Assembly (NCBI RefSeq): GCF_044324875.1 | Contig: NZ_CP172185.1 | Direction: 5' to 3' (one strand) | Origin: Escherichia coli | Lineage (GTDB): Bacteria; Pseudomonadota; Gammaproteobacteria; Enterobacterales; Enterobacteriaceae | DNA length: 64,000 nucleotides | Part shown: positions 53,614 to 63,954 of the stretch, one piece after another | Position numbering within the stretch: position 1 is the stretch's first letter | Layout of the letters: each line of letters starts with the position of its first letter | Position numbers and translations under genes: made by a program | The notes under the pieces: generated by a model | Database searches by the model: none | Told to the model about the DNA's origin: nothing | The model's input: only the letters and a program-made list of their open reading frames with translations

Positions 53614-53916
53614 TCAACGAGGTTTTCTGTCTTTTCGTCGGTCATTCAGCATCATTAAACGGGTCTCTGCCTCTTTCTGTTCCTGTGGTGTCACTTCCCC
53701 GCACGGCTGACCGTTCAGGTTGTAACGGGCGCCACCTGCTATTAACGCACGGTAATAGCGCGGAGACTGCACATAAGACGCCACTGCTGCATGTAATGTA
53801 CCAGCGCCAAACGCCAGTTCTCGGATGGCGATATCCTGTATCAGGTCGTCAGGTATCCCCACTTTAAGTGGTTTTGTTTTTTTCCCGGTTGAATGACTCA
53901 GGCCAGAGTTCCACAA
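53614..53916 (-). CDS. Hypothetical small protein (100 aa); uncertain, possibly a remnant
   Basis: ORF convergent with the alpA module; an adjacent 64-aa ORF (53931-54125) lies on the same strand, so both may be fragments of one decayed gene. Confidence 0.25.
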   Translation of the reverse strand: MWNSGLSHSTGKKTKPLKVGIPDDLIQDIAIRELAFGAGTLHAAVASYVQSPRYYRALIAGGARYNLNGQPCGEVTPQEQKEAETRLMMLNDRRKDRKPR

Positions 53917-54510
53917 GACGAATAATGCGCTTACGGTTTTTGCTCTGGCGTTTTGTCATGTCGCCACGGTGTTTTATCAGCAGGTTTCTGTTTATCGTTC
54001 AACTGTGGTATCTGGTCACCGGCCTTCATTTTGTATGCTGTGTCCGTTTTATCCTGCAGCGGCGTTGCCGGTGATTTACTGAAAATACCCTGCGGTTTAC
54101 GGTTAATGGTCAGAGTTACCATCAATTTTGTTACCTCGCGCTGTCAATGGAAGTAGTACCTCATCCGATATCTGAAAATGTTTTCCGGTGGATGTTACAG
54201 CGAATTTCATGTAAGACATGTTGTTGTCGGTATTGTTCAGTACTGTGCGTTGTGAGCGTATTCGTTATCAGACAGAGGGGCAGGGAACAAACGTCAGAGG
54301 TTAAGGATATCCGGGAACAAATGGCGTAAACGGACATCTCAGTGCCTGAGAAACAGTACAGGTCAGGCCATCATGGCCTGCAAACAGAGCCCTGGCGACC
54401 CCGTGGCCGAAAACGAAACAATAACCCGCGCGCAGTGCGAGGAATCCGGATGTGAAGCAATCAGCAGGTAATATTAATGGCAGGACCAGCAGGTTCTTTA
54501 AACAAACGAA

Positions 54511-55273
54511 GGTGGTGACTCCAATTAGTAGAACATATATTTTTCGATAAAGGCACCGATGACTTTTTCATGAAGTTCTACAGAGCGCGAGAAACAGATA
54601 GTTCTGCGGGCCAGACGTTTGATTCGGGTTCTCAGAGGTAGATGTTGCGCTCAATGCGCTGAGTAAAAATCTTACCAGTCAGATGCTTCTCCTTCGGTAA
54701 CTCTCTGGTGTAACTACCCCATTCGTCAGTGGTCAACATACCGATGGTAAAAGGGCAAGCAGCGCCAGCAATTCACGACAGGTTTAATCAGTCCGTAGGC
54801 CAAAAGTGTAGGCCAGAACGCCACCAGTTTTCGTGTTGTACGTGTACCAGAGCCAGTGCTGTCGCGCTTTACTGCCGACAAAACTCCATTGCTCATCAAG
54901 TTCGCAGATGAGTGCCATATCAGCATGAGCGACCGGGTATGACGTTATTCTTCGTGGCGAGAGTTTTTTAAAGTCCGGATGACAGTATTAATGCCGATTT
55001 TCAGCGTACGGGCAGTATCGCGAACTCCGGCACCGTTGAAAGCCATTTCAGTGATTTGCTCTTTAACTCCCGGTTTACGGGCCTCGTAACGGTAAGTGAG
55101 CTGAAGCACTCGATGACAGTCACGGCAGCGAAATCGATCATGTCCTTTGGGTTCTTCCCGTGACGGTAAACCTGAACGGACTGGCAACAGGAGCAATGAA
55201 GGTTAACTGTGACCATGAAAGAACCTTAAAAGTGGCTATTATACTCCTAATTCAACTAATTGGAGTCATTACC
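54511..55273 (-). mobile_element. IS1-family insertion sequence (divergent isoform), apparently defective
   Basis: 763 bp; terminal repeats GGTGGTGACTCCAATTAGTAG (left) and AATTGGAGTCATTACC (right); InsA-like and InsB-like coding on the minus strand, each split across two frames. Confidence 0.8.
54945..55216 (-). pseudogene. insA: insA-like gene with internal frameshift
   Basis: Zn-finger N-terminus (MVTVNLHCSCCQSVQVYRHGKNPK) is in one frame and the HTH C-terminus (GHDRFRCRDCHRVLQLTY...AFNGAGVRDTARTLKIGINTVIRTLKNS) in another; downstream InsB-like sequence (...RTRIKRLARRTICFSRSVELHEKVIGAFIEKYMFY) is also split. Confidence 0.6.
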
Positions 55274-55281
55274 GTATTCAT

Positions 55282-55452
55282 AATGGATTAGGTTCAGCAG
55301 TTGCTGAAGTGCTTGTAGAAACTTGTCCTGTGCCCATGCGTCGGGTGGGGGTTAAAGAGCGGTATGGCCAGGTTGAAACTCAGGACTTTTTACAGAGAGA
55401 GTACGGGTTAACCGCGCAAGCTATTGTGGCGGCAGCCAGAGAGCTATTGTAA
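55282..55452 (+). pseudogene. Transketolase C-terminal-domain remnant, truncated by the IS1 insertion
   Basis: Frame encodes ...GLGSAVAEVLVETCPVPMRRVGVKERYGQVETQDFLQREYGLTAQAIVAAARELL-stop, a typical transketolase C-terminal tail, beginning immediately after the IS1 right end with no upstream gene body. Confidence 0.55.
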
Positions 55453-55653
55453 TTCATGGAGTTTGTTTACCATTCTGTTTTTCTTAAAAGTGAGTGTCTG
55501 TGCGGTCACTAAACTCGGTAATAAAGCAGTTCATTGCAGGATAAGAAGCGTTTGGTTGTGTCGTTTTACCGTAAGAACCGACCGCCGTATGTATCCATTA
55601 AGCCAGTATTGGTAACGTAGGTGCCCACCTTTTCAAACTGGTGGGCGCCTGTT

Positions 55654-55826
55654 ATGGAGCAAAAACATTATCCGCAGAACCCCGCAGATCATTTTCAAAT
55701 GAGTTAAACTTCAAATGGTTAAACTGGTTTTGCAACCAGGAGCCTCTGTTGCCCGTATTGCCCGGGAACACGATATCAATGATAACCTCCTGTTCAAATG
55801 GCTCAGACTCTGGCAGAACGTAAGGT
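55654..55826 (+). pseudogene. Transposase helper (HTH OrfA-type) remnant of an unidentified IS
   Basis: Short frames encoding MEQKHYPQNPADHFQMS-stop and ...LQPGASVARIAREHDINDNLLFKWLRLWQ, resembling IS OrfA HTH segments; interrupted by stops. Confidence 0.3.
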
Positions 55827-55904
55827 AAAGGGAGATGAAAAAGGCAATAGCAGAACTGAGTGACAGTGAAACCATTCTGGCGTACAGGGTTGGATGGTGA
55901 AACT

Positions 55905-55938
55905 GATAAAAAACCCTCTGAAAATTCTGTCAGAGGGT
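55905..55938 (-). terminator. Candidate rho-independent terminator (minus strand)
   Basis: Perfect 8-bp stem ccctctga/tcagaggg with 8-nt loop, followed on the minus strand by T6. Confidence 0.35.
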
Positions 55939-56649
55939 GTAGTCAAAAATGGTAGATATTTACGATGCAGTAATGCTTTCACTCCGGTAATTAATTTCCG
56001 TGATTAACTGCTTTCGATCAATAAAGGAATTGCAAAAGTGTGATCTTGTTCACGACATTGTGGATGATAATATGCCTGATGTCTGAATCCGGAAACAGTG
56101 ATCTGGCGGTTTCATGTGAAGTTGACGGATAAAAAATCCGCACGACCAGACAGACGTGCGGTTTACGAAATTCGTAACAAGAGGCTTTTCTACGGATCAC
56201 GTGGTGCGTGCCACGTGAAATTTTTGTAGCGCAAAATGTGTGATGTGTAAATACAAGGAAGGAAAAAAGTTAAATCGGTGGAAGTCCATGCCTGCCACAT
56301 GTATGTCTGCATTCCTCGTTTTGAACAGAATTCTCACCAGACATCGTGAATTTCTCATTCAATCATCAGAGATATTACCCAGGATTTTTATTGTTTTGTG
56401 ATAGCAGTACTTTAAATGTTCAGATGCTAAAATAAGCGCGCTTATTATAATTATAGTTATGATGTTTTATCTGTATGTATTTTAATGATTTTCGCGTCAT
56501 TGCTTTTCTGCTGCTTAAATTGAAGGCGCATATTATACACAATAATATTCCTGGCATTATTAAATTAATAAAAGAGGATTCTTATCACTGTATTTTTGCT
56601 CCGCACTACCGTTCTGGCTGGTGAAGTAATAATACAGGAGAATAACAGA

Positions 56650-58197
56650 ATGCTTAAAAGACGTGATGCTTTTTTAAAGAAAAGCGCGCTGGCAGTGAGT
56701 GTGGCCCTGCTGCTCTCGGCTCAGGCTCAGGCTCAGGATATTTTAATCGGACCGATTGAACCTGGCGAAGATAATAGCTTTCTTGTTGGAGAATCAGTAG
56801 CTGGCCGTTCGATTGATAAAGTAAGAAATGTATGGTTGATTGGTGATGATTCTTTTTTATTAGACTCAAACAGGACTGTGCTTTTGGGGAATAATTCTGA
56901 TGTTGTGAACTCTCCGGGAAGTGTGAGTCTGGGGCATGATGCACTTATTGCTGACTCTGAATGGGGGACTGTTGCAGGAAAAGAAGCGTCACTTATTTCT
57001 TCTCGTCAGAGCTCGGCAATTGGTGCGTTTTCATCTGTGCAGGATTCTACCAGTTCTGTAGCTCTGGGCCATGGCTCACAGGTGTCGGGAGAAAATAACG
57101 TGGTATCTGTTGGTGCCGGGCCTGAGGGATATGGAGAGAGTGTCAAAGGAGCACCGGAAACCCGCCGGATTATAAATGTGTCTGATGGTATCAATAACAC
57201 AGATGCAGCGACGGTAGGGCAACTGAATGAACGATTTGATGATGCACAGGTCTTTTTGTTGCAGACGAATGAAAGAATTGACGAGACAGATAAACGTCTT
57301 TCAACAGTTCATGCTGAACTCAGCAGGGATATTATTGCAGGCACATCGGCAGCGGTGACGTATACAGATGTAACAGCGCTTGCACTTCAGGATGAGATAA
57401 AGGATGGGACGAACAAAGTACGTGATGAGTTGAAATCACAGGGAGACAGTCTGCGTGGTGAGATAGGCGGTGTATACAGAGATGCCCGTGCTCATACTGA
57501 CAGTCAGGTCACAGCAGTACGTGATGAACTGAAGGCAGAGGGAGACAGTCTGCGCGGTGAGATAGGCGGTGTATACAGAGATGCCCGTGCTCATACTGAC
57601 AGTCAGGTTACAGCAGTACGTGATGAACTCAGCAGGGATATTATTGCAGGCACATCGGCAGCGGTGGCGTATACGGATGCATCTTCTCTTGCTCTTCAGG
57701 ATGAAATAAAAGAAAAAGCGGATGAAACAGTTCAGGTTTCCCGGGCTTATACAGATAAAAGTGTACGGGATGCCCGTAAAGAAGCGAAAAGCCAGGCAGA
57801 ACATCTCAGCGATGTGCTTGTGAAGAACAGGGCGCAGACGGATGCAGCAATAGCCTCAAATACAGCAGCGATAAGGAATAACAGTCATCGTCTGGATTTG
57901 ACGGAAGCCTGGCAGAAGATGGCGACAGAGAGAATGAATAATATGCAGGAGCAGATTAAAGAGAACCGGAAGGAGTTAAGGGAGAGTGCAGCCCAGAGCG
58001 CGGCACTGGCAGGTCTTTTCCAGCCATACAGTGTTGGAAAATTTAACGCGACAGCAGCCGTTGGTGGTTACCGTGATGAGCAGGCCATTGCGGTGGGCGT
58101 GGGCTACCGTTTCACAGAGAATGTGGCAGGAAAAGTTGCAGTTGCTGCAGGTGGGTCATCCGCATCGTGGAATGCTGGTGTGAATTTTGAGTTCTGA
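56650..58197 (+). CDS. YadA-type trimeric autotransporter adhesin (515 aa; Eib/Saa-like size class)
   Basis: Signal peptide [29 protein letters not shown], repetitive coiled-coil stalk, and C-terminal YadA-like anchor ending ...[19 protein letters not shown] 9 nt upstream; AT-rich 5' region. Confidence 0.8.
   Translation: MLKRRDAFLKKSALAVSVALLLSAQAQAQDILIGPIEPGEDNSFLVGESVAGRSIDKVRNVWLIGDDSFLLDSNRTVLLGNNSDVVNSPGSVSLGHDALIADSEWGTVAGKEASLISSRQSSAIGAFSSVQDSTSSVALGHGSQVSGENNVVSVGAGPEGYGESVKGAPETRRIINVSDGINNTDAATVGQLNERFDDAQVFLLQTNERIDETDKRLSTVHAELSRDIIAGTSAAVTYTDVTALALQDEIKDGTNKVRDELKSQGDSLRGEIGGVYRDARAHTDSQVTAVRDELKAEGDSLRGEIGGVYRDARAHTDSQVTAVRDELSRDIIAGTSAAVAYTDASSLALQDEIKEKADETVQVSRAYTDKSVRDARKEAKSQAEHLSDVLVKNRAQTDAAIASNTAAIRNNSHRLDLTEAWQKMATERMNNMQEQIKENRKELRESAAQSAALAGLFQPYSVGKFNATAAVGGYRDEQAIAVGVGYRFTENVAGKVAVAAGGSSASWNAGVNFEF
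57313..57730 (+). repeat. In-frame tandem and nested repeats inside the adhesin stalk
   Basis: A 105-bp unit (...[33 protein letters not shown]) occurs twice in tandem (about 57424-57528 and 57529-57633), flanked by two copies of a second roughly 100-bp unit ([16 protein letters not shown]...ALQDEIK) at 57313 and 57625. Confidence 0.7.
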
Positions 58198-58258
58198 CAG
58201 GTCAGGATTTAGATATCTGTCCCGGGGGGAGTCCCCCGGGATATAATGAGGTACAGAG

Positions 58259-58714
58259 ATGCTGGATATAATCCTGGCGACGAGAGATATTTATTTTGAA
58301 AAAGCCCTGCGAGAGATATTTGGAACCGTAAGCAGTCGAATCAGATATATAGAAGATGCCATATCAGACAGAAGAAGGGTGCAGTCAGGCAGGTCATTCA
58401 GATATTATTTTGTATTCTGTGATGATGAGTATACAGATATTGTTCGTATTCTTTTTACCGGAGAGGCCTGCTGTATTCTGAATAAGTCGATGCTGAATCT
58501 GAGAGCGGCCGGAGGTGTGTTGACGCTGGAAGAGCGCAGAGCGGTACTGAACCGGTATTACAGAGGTTTAAGTATTGCGGAGATTACAGAAGAGACGGGG
58601 CAGAATGACAAGACGGTATACGGTCATCTTCGTCGTGCACTGCAGCGGTCTGGATTCCGGAAGGGGCGTTTTATAAAGGGGAGAGAAGCGGCGGGGGATT
58701 CAGGTGTTGAATAA
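58259..58714 (+). CDS. Putative transcriptional regulator with C-terminal sigma-70 region 4 / LuxR-type HTH
   Basis: 151-aa ORF; C-terminal LTLEERRAVLNRYYRGLSIAEITEETGQNDKTVYGHLRRALQ resembles sigma region 4/GerE-type HTH; 60 bp downstream of the adhesin gene. Confidence 0.45.
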   Translation: MLDIILATRDIYFEKALREIFGTVSSRIRYIEDAISDRRRVQSGRSFRYYFVFCDDEYTDIVRILFTGEACCILNKSMLNLRAAGGVLTLEERRAVLNRYYRGLSIAEITEETGQNDKTVYGHLRRALQRSGFRKGRFIKGREAAGDSGVE

Positions 58715-58788
58715 TGTATCTTATATTGTGATATTGAACCGCCCCGGGAATCCTGGAGACTAAACTCCCTGAGAAAGAGGTAAACAGA

Positions 58789-59115
58789 ATGACTAAAAAT
58801 ACTCGTTTTTCCCCCGAAGTCCGTCAGAGGGCGATTCGTATGGTTCTGGAAAGTCAGGGCGAATATGACTCACAGTGGGCGGCAATTTGTTCCATTGCCC
58901 CAAAGATTGGCTGTACACCGGAGACTCTGCGTGTCTGGGTACGCCAGCATGAGCGGGATACCGGAGGCGGTGATGGCGGGCTCACCACCGCTGAACGTCA
59001 GCGTCTGAAAGAGCTGGAACGTGAAAATCGTGAACTGCGCCGCAGTAACGATATCCTTCGCCAGGCTTCCGCTTATTTTGCGAAGGCGGAGTTCGACCGC
59101 CTCTGGAAAAAGTGA
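58789..59115 (+). CDS. IS629 transposase OrfA
   Basis: 108-aa [63 protein letters not shown]... matching IS629 OrfA. Confidence 0.9.
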   Translation: MTKNTRFSPEVRQRAIRMVLESQGEYDSQWAAICSIAPKIGCTPETLRVWVRQHERDTGGGDGGLTTAERQRLKELERENRELRRSNDILRQASAYFAKAEFDRLWKK

Positions 59116-60002
59116 TGCCACTGCTGGATAAGCTGCGTAAGCTGTACGGGGTCGGACCGGTATGCAGTGAACTACATATTGCCCCGTCAACGTATTACCA
59201 CTGTCAGCAACAGCGACATCATCCTGATAAACGCAGTGCCCGTGCGCAGCGCGATGACTGGCTGAAGAAAGAGATACTGCGCGTATACGATGGGAATCAT
59301 CAGGTATACGGTGTGCGTAAAGTCTGGCGTCAGTTGTTACGGGAAGGAATCAGGGTAGCCAGATGTACAGTGGCGCGCCTCATGGCGGTTATGGGACTTG
59401 CCGGTGTTCTCCGGGGTAAAAAGGTCCGCACTACCGTCAGCCGGAAAGCCGTTGCCGCAGGCGACCGCGTAAACCGTCAGTTTGTGGCAGAACGTCCTGA
59501 CCAGTTGTGGGTGGCTGATTTTACTTACGTCAGCACATGGCAGGGGGTCGTCTATGTGGCGTTCATCATTGATGTGTTTGCCGGATACATCGTGGGGTGG
59601 CGGGTCTCATCGTCTATGGAAACGACATTCGTGCTGGATGCTCTGGAGCAGGCGTTATGGGCCCGTCGACCGTCCGGCACAGTCCATCACAGTGATAAAG
59701 GTTCTCAGTATGTATCGCTGGCCTACACACAGCGGCTTAAGGAAGCCGGATTACTGGCATCAACAGGAAGTACTGGTGACTCGTATGACAACGCGATGGC
59801 GGAGAGCATCAATGGCCTTTACAAAGCGGAGGTAATACACCGTAAGAGCTGGAAAAACCGGACAGAAGTGGAGCTGGCCACACTCACGTGGGTGGACTGG
59901 TATAACAATCGACGATTGCTGGAAAGGCTGGGCCATATCCCACCGGCAGAAGCAGAAAAAGCTTATTATGCTTCCATCGGAAACGATGATCTGGCAGCCT
60001 GA
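59112..60002 (+). CDS. IS629 transposase OrfB (DDE integrase core)
   Basis: 296-aa ORF overlapping orfA by 4 nt; motifs [16 protein letters not shown] and [15 protein letters not shown]. Confidence 0.9.
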   Translation: MMPLLDKLRKLYGVGPVCSELHIAPSTYYHCQQQRHHPDKRSARAQRDDWLKKEILRVYDGNHQVYGVRKVWRQLLREGIRVARCTVARLMAVMGLAGVLRGKKVRTTVSRKAVAAGDRVNRQFVAERPDQLWVADFTYVSTWQGVVYVAFIIDVFAGYIVGWRVSSSMETTFVLDALEQALWARRPSGTVHHSDKGSQYVSLAYTQRLKEAGLLASTGSTGDSYDNAMAESINGLYKAEVIHRKSWKNRTEVELATLTWVDWYNNRRLLERLGHIPPAEAEKAYYASIGNDDLAA

Positions 60003-60410
60003 GTTCACAGATAAAACACTCTCCAGGAAACCCGGGGCGGTTCATATCGGTGCTGCTGCTGTTATTTTTTGTTGTATTTGTGACGAATGGTTAAGAATAA
60101 AACATGAGTTGGTGATTATCAGGACAGGTTGCTTGTATATGAAGATAACAAAGGCGGCATTTATTTTTGCGCTGTCAGTGTGGAGTGTTGCTGTGATATG
60201 TCTTTTATTATTTGTACTGGTTGTTCTGGGATAGCTATAGTGGAATTATTATTTTTTTAAGACTATGGTTTATATTTTTATTCGGCAATATTTCTGTAAA
60301 CAATTAAATATCAGAAAGGCGTGTTGTATGCGTGAACACGCCTGAGTATGTATACAGAGATTGTTAATTTGGAGAGAATAATTACAGTTGTTATTTATTT
60401 GACGTCCTGA

Positions 60411-60695
60411 TTAGTGAAAAAACCAGTCATCAGCAGTTTCCCAGACTTCCTGCAGCGTTTCCTGTATGAACTTCTGAGCGTTTTCTTTATCTACGGCTCT
60501 TAAAATGGTCAGTCCGTCATTACTGGCGGATTTTACTATAACCTCCACATCGTCATATCGTTTTCTGGTACGGCGAGACATTTCCTGTTGTAGAGCAGGT
60601 ACAGAGCCTTTTGGCATTTTGCTGAATTTTTCTTTAGCGATACAGATCTCAATACGAATAAAAGTCCCTCTGCACTGTGTTATTTTTATCTGCAT
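60411..60695 (-). CDS. DinI-family protein (DNA-damage-inducible protein I-like)
   Basis: C-terminus [18 protein letters not shown] matches the DinI signature [25 protein letters not shown] resembles the DinI N-terminus MRIEVTIAK; true start within the 94-aa track ORF is uncertain. Confidence 0.6.
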   Translation of the reverse strand: MQIKITQCRGTFIRIEICIAKEKFSKMPKGSVPALQQEMSRRTRKRYDDVEVIVKSASNDGLTILRAVDKENAQKFIQETLQEVWETADDWFFH

Positions 60696-61541
60696 GAATA
60701 AACAGTGTCAATAGATAAGATTGGTTGTAAGGAATCAATGGAGCATGTATGGGACATTTTTAACCGACTAAATTCACAGAAGTTCGTAGGCATCGAAAAC
60801 GAATCATCTGTCCAACCCTTTAAAAACGGCTCTCTTGGACGATTTTCGTCGTTTTTTAAAATGCAACAAGTACGTTGTTCATATGATTTCATTCCATCTC
60901 ATGGGACTGGCGCTACCTTTGTTTGATCTCCCTTGGTATGAGAATTTTTCTGAAATTTTTGGACATTTAGTAGGGTTCTGGTCCATTGAAATTGTTCGCA
61001 GATATTTACGAAACAGAATTACTCATGAGCCAGACCTTGAGATCCATTTAGGCTCAAACAGATAATGTATTGAATTATAAAAATGGCGCAAATACAGTGC
61101 CATTTTTATGGGGTAAATGTTACTTATTTCCTTCTGATACAGGAGAAAAAAGGTCTGATGCAGGTAGCCAATGAGCCTGTAACTCCACTTCGATACTGTA
61201 GAACTGGAGATTTCTACGGAGGAAGACACGTTGTTGCTGGAAGTGAGGAGAAATCTCGGGTGATGTTGAATCATGTTAATACATCAGTAGCACTGGATAT
61301 CGGGAGAACGGTACTACCAGAGGGACAGCATACGCCCGCTACAGTTTGGCGGGCGTAAGGGCATTAAGATTTTTAGAGAGAGCGTTCAGAATTCTGTGTC
61401 ACGTTAAAAATTCTACAGTGTCATCACAGTATTCAGTCGCCCTTCAAAATAAATGGCTAACTGCGACAATGTCAAATTCCAGCTCTGGATCGGCATTGTC
61501 CATTTTTTCTGTACGTTCATCAGCCCCAGATAAAGCAGCTT

Positions 61542-61981
61542 CTACAGACTATTTTCATTCGGGAAAGCACCTTTGGTTTTGGTCAGTTTCCTGAACTGGC
61601 GATGGACTGATTCAATCGCATTTGTGGTGTAAATGACCTTGCGGATATTTGCCGGATAGCGGAAGTATGCTGACAGGTTTTCCCACTTGCGACGCCACGA
61701 CTGAAGCACCACCGGATATTGCTGGCCCCATTTCGCCTCCAGCTCATCCAGCGCCGTTTCTGCGGCTTCTTTCGACACCGCGCGATATACCGGCTTCAGG
61801 TCGGCCATGAACGCTTTGTGGTGTTTTGCCCTCCAGATTCAGCGCCAGCACCGTGTAAACGACCTTGCTCTGGTAGCGGCCATCCTCCCTGATTTTATAG
61901 TGAATGGCATCCAGCCATACGAAGGGGTAAACCTTCTCCAGCGGGCGCTGTTGCCACTGTTTTAACTCAGGAATGACCTTA
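61542..61981 (-). pseudogene. IS256-family (mutator-type) transposase remnant, internally deleted and truncated by the IS66-family insertion
   Basis: Minus-strand frames encode ...IPELKQWQQRPLEKVYPFVWLDAIHYKIREDGRYQSKVVYTVLALNLEGK and, in another frame, MADLKPVYRAVSKEAAETALDELEAKWGQQYPVVLQSWRRKWENLSAYFRYPANIRKVIYTTNAIESVHRQFRKLTKTKGAFPNENSL; the segment between them is too short. Confidence 0.7.
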
Positions 61982-62018
61982 GTAAGCGTACAGCGAGGGC
62001 CGTATTGACGGGGATGTG

Positions 62019-63557
62019 TTATTCAGCTGGCAGTGCTATGCGCCACGGAAGCAGTTCGCTGACCCGGTTGACCGGCCAGTCTGCTATGACGCCAAGCACA
62101 TGGCGAAGGTAGCTTTCTGGATCCACGTCATTCAGTTTGCACGTCCCTATCAGGCTGTACAGTAGCGCTCCCCGCTCACCACCATGGCCAGAGCCGAAGA
62201 ACAGGAAGTTTTTACGACCCAGACTTACCGCCCGCAGGGCATTTTCAGCGATGTTGTTGTCGATTTCCACCCAGCCATCGTTCGCATAGTACGTCAGTGC
62301 CGGCCACTGGTTAAGTGCGTACGCGAACGCCTTCGCCAACTCTGAGTGTCGCGACAGGGTCTTCATCTTTTCACGCAACCAGCTTTCCAGGGATTTCAAC
62401 AGCGGTTTCGTTTTTCGCTGACGTTCAGCAAGCCGCTGCTCTGCCGGCATTCCCCTTATATCCGCCTCTATGGCGTACAACTGACCGATCTGCTCCAGGG
62501 CTTCTTCCGTCAGTGCTGACGGGATGCGGACGTGCACATCGTGGATCTTTCGGCGGGCATGAGCCCAGCAGGCAGCTTCCGTTATCCCACCATTGCGATA
62601 CAGCTCGTTGAACCCGGCGTACGCATCCGCTTGCAGCACACCGCTGAAGCAAGCAAGATGAGTCTGCGGATGGATGCCTTTTCTGTCCGGGCTGTAAGCG
62701 AACCACACTGCAGGTGCCAACGCTGACCCGGCATTGCGGTCATCACGAACATACGCCCACAACCGCCCGGTCTTCGTCTTCTTATTACCCGGCATCAGTA
62801 CCTGGACCGGGGTATCATCGGCATGGAGTTTGCCGTCAGTCATGACATAGCCATGAAGCGCCTCTTCCAGCGGAGACAGCAGCCGGCAGCATGCATCCAC
62901 CCAGCCCGACAGCAGTGAACGGCTCAGCTCCACACCTTGCCGGCCGTATATTTCTGACTGGCGATACAGCGGGGTGTGCTCTGCATACTTCGAGGTCAGC
63001 ACGCGGGCCAGCAGCCCCGGTCCGGCGATACCCCGCTCGATGGGCCGCGAAGGTGCAGGTGCCTGCACGATGGCATCGCACTGAGTACAGGCATGTTTTT
63101 CCCGTACCGTCCGGATAACCCGGAAGGCGCTACGCATCAACTCCAGCTGTTCGGCGGTATCCTCGCCCAGATAGCTCAGTGAACCGCCGCAGTTCGGGCA
63201 GCACGGCGCCGCAGGCAACAGTCGCTTTTCGTCACGGGGTAGTGATTCAGGGAACGGCTTACGGATGCGGGTCTGACGCAACGGACGCTGTACTGCCGGG
63301 TCATACACCCTACCAGTCAGCGTATCGCTCTCTTTCTGAAGCCGGTTCAGATCGGCTTCCATTTGTGCGATACGGCGGGAGACTTTTTCGGAACGACTGC
63401 CGAAGTTCATCCGGCGGAGTTTATCCAGCTGCGCCTGCAGATGGTCTATTTCGCGCTCCCGGTTGCTCAGCTTTTCCTGCAGGGCGTGGATCAGCGCTTC
63501 CTGTTCGGCCAGGCGCTGTTTCAGCAGGAAGATGTCGTCAGAAGAGATGTCGTTCAT
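62019..63557 (-). CDS. IS66-family transposase (large ORF)
   Basis: 512-aa ORF with N-terminal coiled coil ([20 protein letters not shown]), zinc-finger CCPNCGG...CTQCD and DDE core typical of IS66 transposases. Confidence 0.85.
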   Translation of the reverse strand: MNDISSDDIFLLKQRLAEQEALIHALQEKLSNREREIDHLQAQLDKLRRMNFGSRSEKVSRRIAQMEADLNRLQKESDTLTGRVYDPAVQRPLRQTRIRKPFPESLPRDEKRLLPAAPCCPNCGGSLSYLGEDTAEQLELMRSAFRVIRTVREKHACTQCDAIVQAPAPSRPIERGIAGPGLLARVLTSKYAEHTPLYRQSEIYGRQGVELSRSLLSGWVDACCRLLSPLEEALHGYVMTDGKLHADDTPVQVLMPGNKKTKTGRLWAYVRDDRNAGSALAPAVWFAYSPDRKGIHPQTHLACFSGVLQADAYAGFNELYRNGGITEAACWAHARRKIHDVHVRIPSALTEEALEQIGQLYAIEADIRGMPAEQRLAERQRKTKPLLKSLESWLREKMKTLSRHSELAKAFAYALNQWPALTYYANDGWVEIDNNIAENALRAVSLGRKNFLFFGSGHGGERGALLYSLIGTCKLNDVDPESYLRHVLGVIADWPVNRVSELLPWRIALPAE

Positions 63558-63606
63558 AAGCCCGTATTTTACCGGGCTTATTCTGTGACAACCAGGATAA
63601 AGAGAT

Positions 63607-63954
63607 TTACAGCATGGTCAGGGAGGTCAGCAGCCGCTTAGGCTGTCGCCAGTCGATACCTTCCAGCAGCATCGCCAGCTGCGCCTGTGTAAGGAACACT
63701 TTGCCATCACGGGCTGACGGCCAGGCGAAGCGCCCACGCTCCAGCCGTTTGGTCAGGAGGCACAGTCCGTCACCGGTGGACCACAGCAGTTTAACCTGAC
63801 TGCCGCTGCGGCCCCGGAAAATGAAAACATGGCCGGACATGGGATCGTCTTTCAGCGCCGTCTGTACTTTCGCAGCCAGGCCGTTGAAGCCATTTCTCAT
63901 ATCGGTGATACCGGCAACCAGCCAAATTTTGGTCCCGGAAGGTAAAGGGATCAT
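63607..63954 (-). CDS. IS66-family accessory protein TnpB (orf2)
   Basis: 115-aa [34 protein letters not shown]...[36 protein letters not shown] matching IS66 Orf2. Confidence 0.88.
   Translation of the reverse strand: MIPLPSGTKIWLVAGITDMRNGFNGLAAKVQTALKDDPMSGHVFIFRGRSGSQVKLLWSTGDGLCLLTKRLERGRFAWPSARDGKVFLTQAQLAMLLEGIDWRQPKRLLTSLTML

Larger units (their letters stand above)
58735..60044 (+). mobile_element. IS629 (IS3 family), 1310 bp, with 3-bp target duplication TAT
   Basis: Left end TGAACCGCCCCGGGAATCCTGGAGACTAAACTCC and right end ...AAACCCGGGGCGGTTCA; orfA and orfB recognised as IS629; TAT on both flanks. Confidence 0.9.

Noticed and set aside
52611-54510. Search for a tyrosine integrase adjacent to alpA
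   Set aside because: P4-type elements normally have int next to alpA, but the flanking ORFs (250-aa plus, 100-aa and 64-aa minus) show no integrase motifs (no R..HxxR..Y catalytic pattern); I conclude the integrase is absent from this window.
59968-60234. 88-aa plus-strand ORF spanning the IS629 right end
   Set aside because: The frame begins inside IS629 orfB and crosses the IS boundary, so the full ORF is an artefact; only the terminal 31-codon hydrophobic segment with its own ATG was retained as a low-confidence finding.
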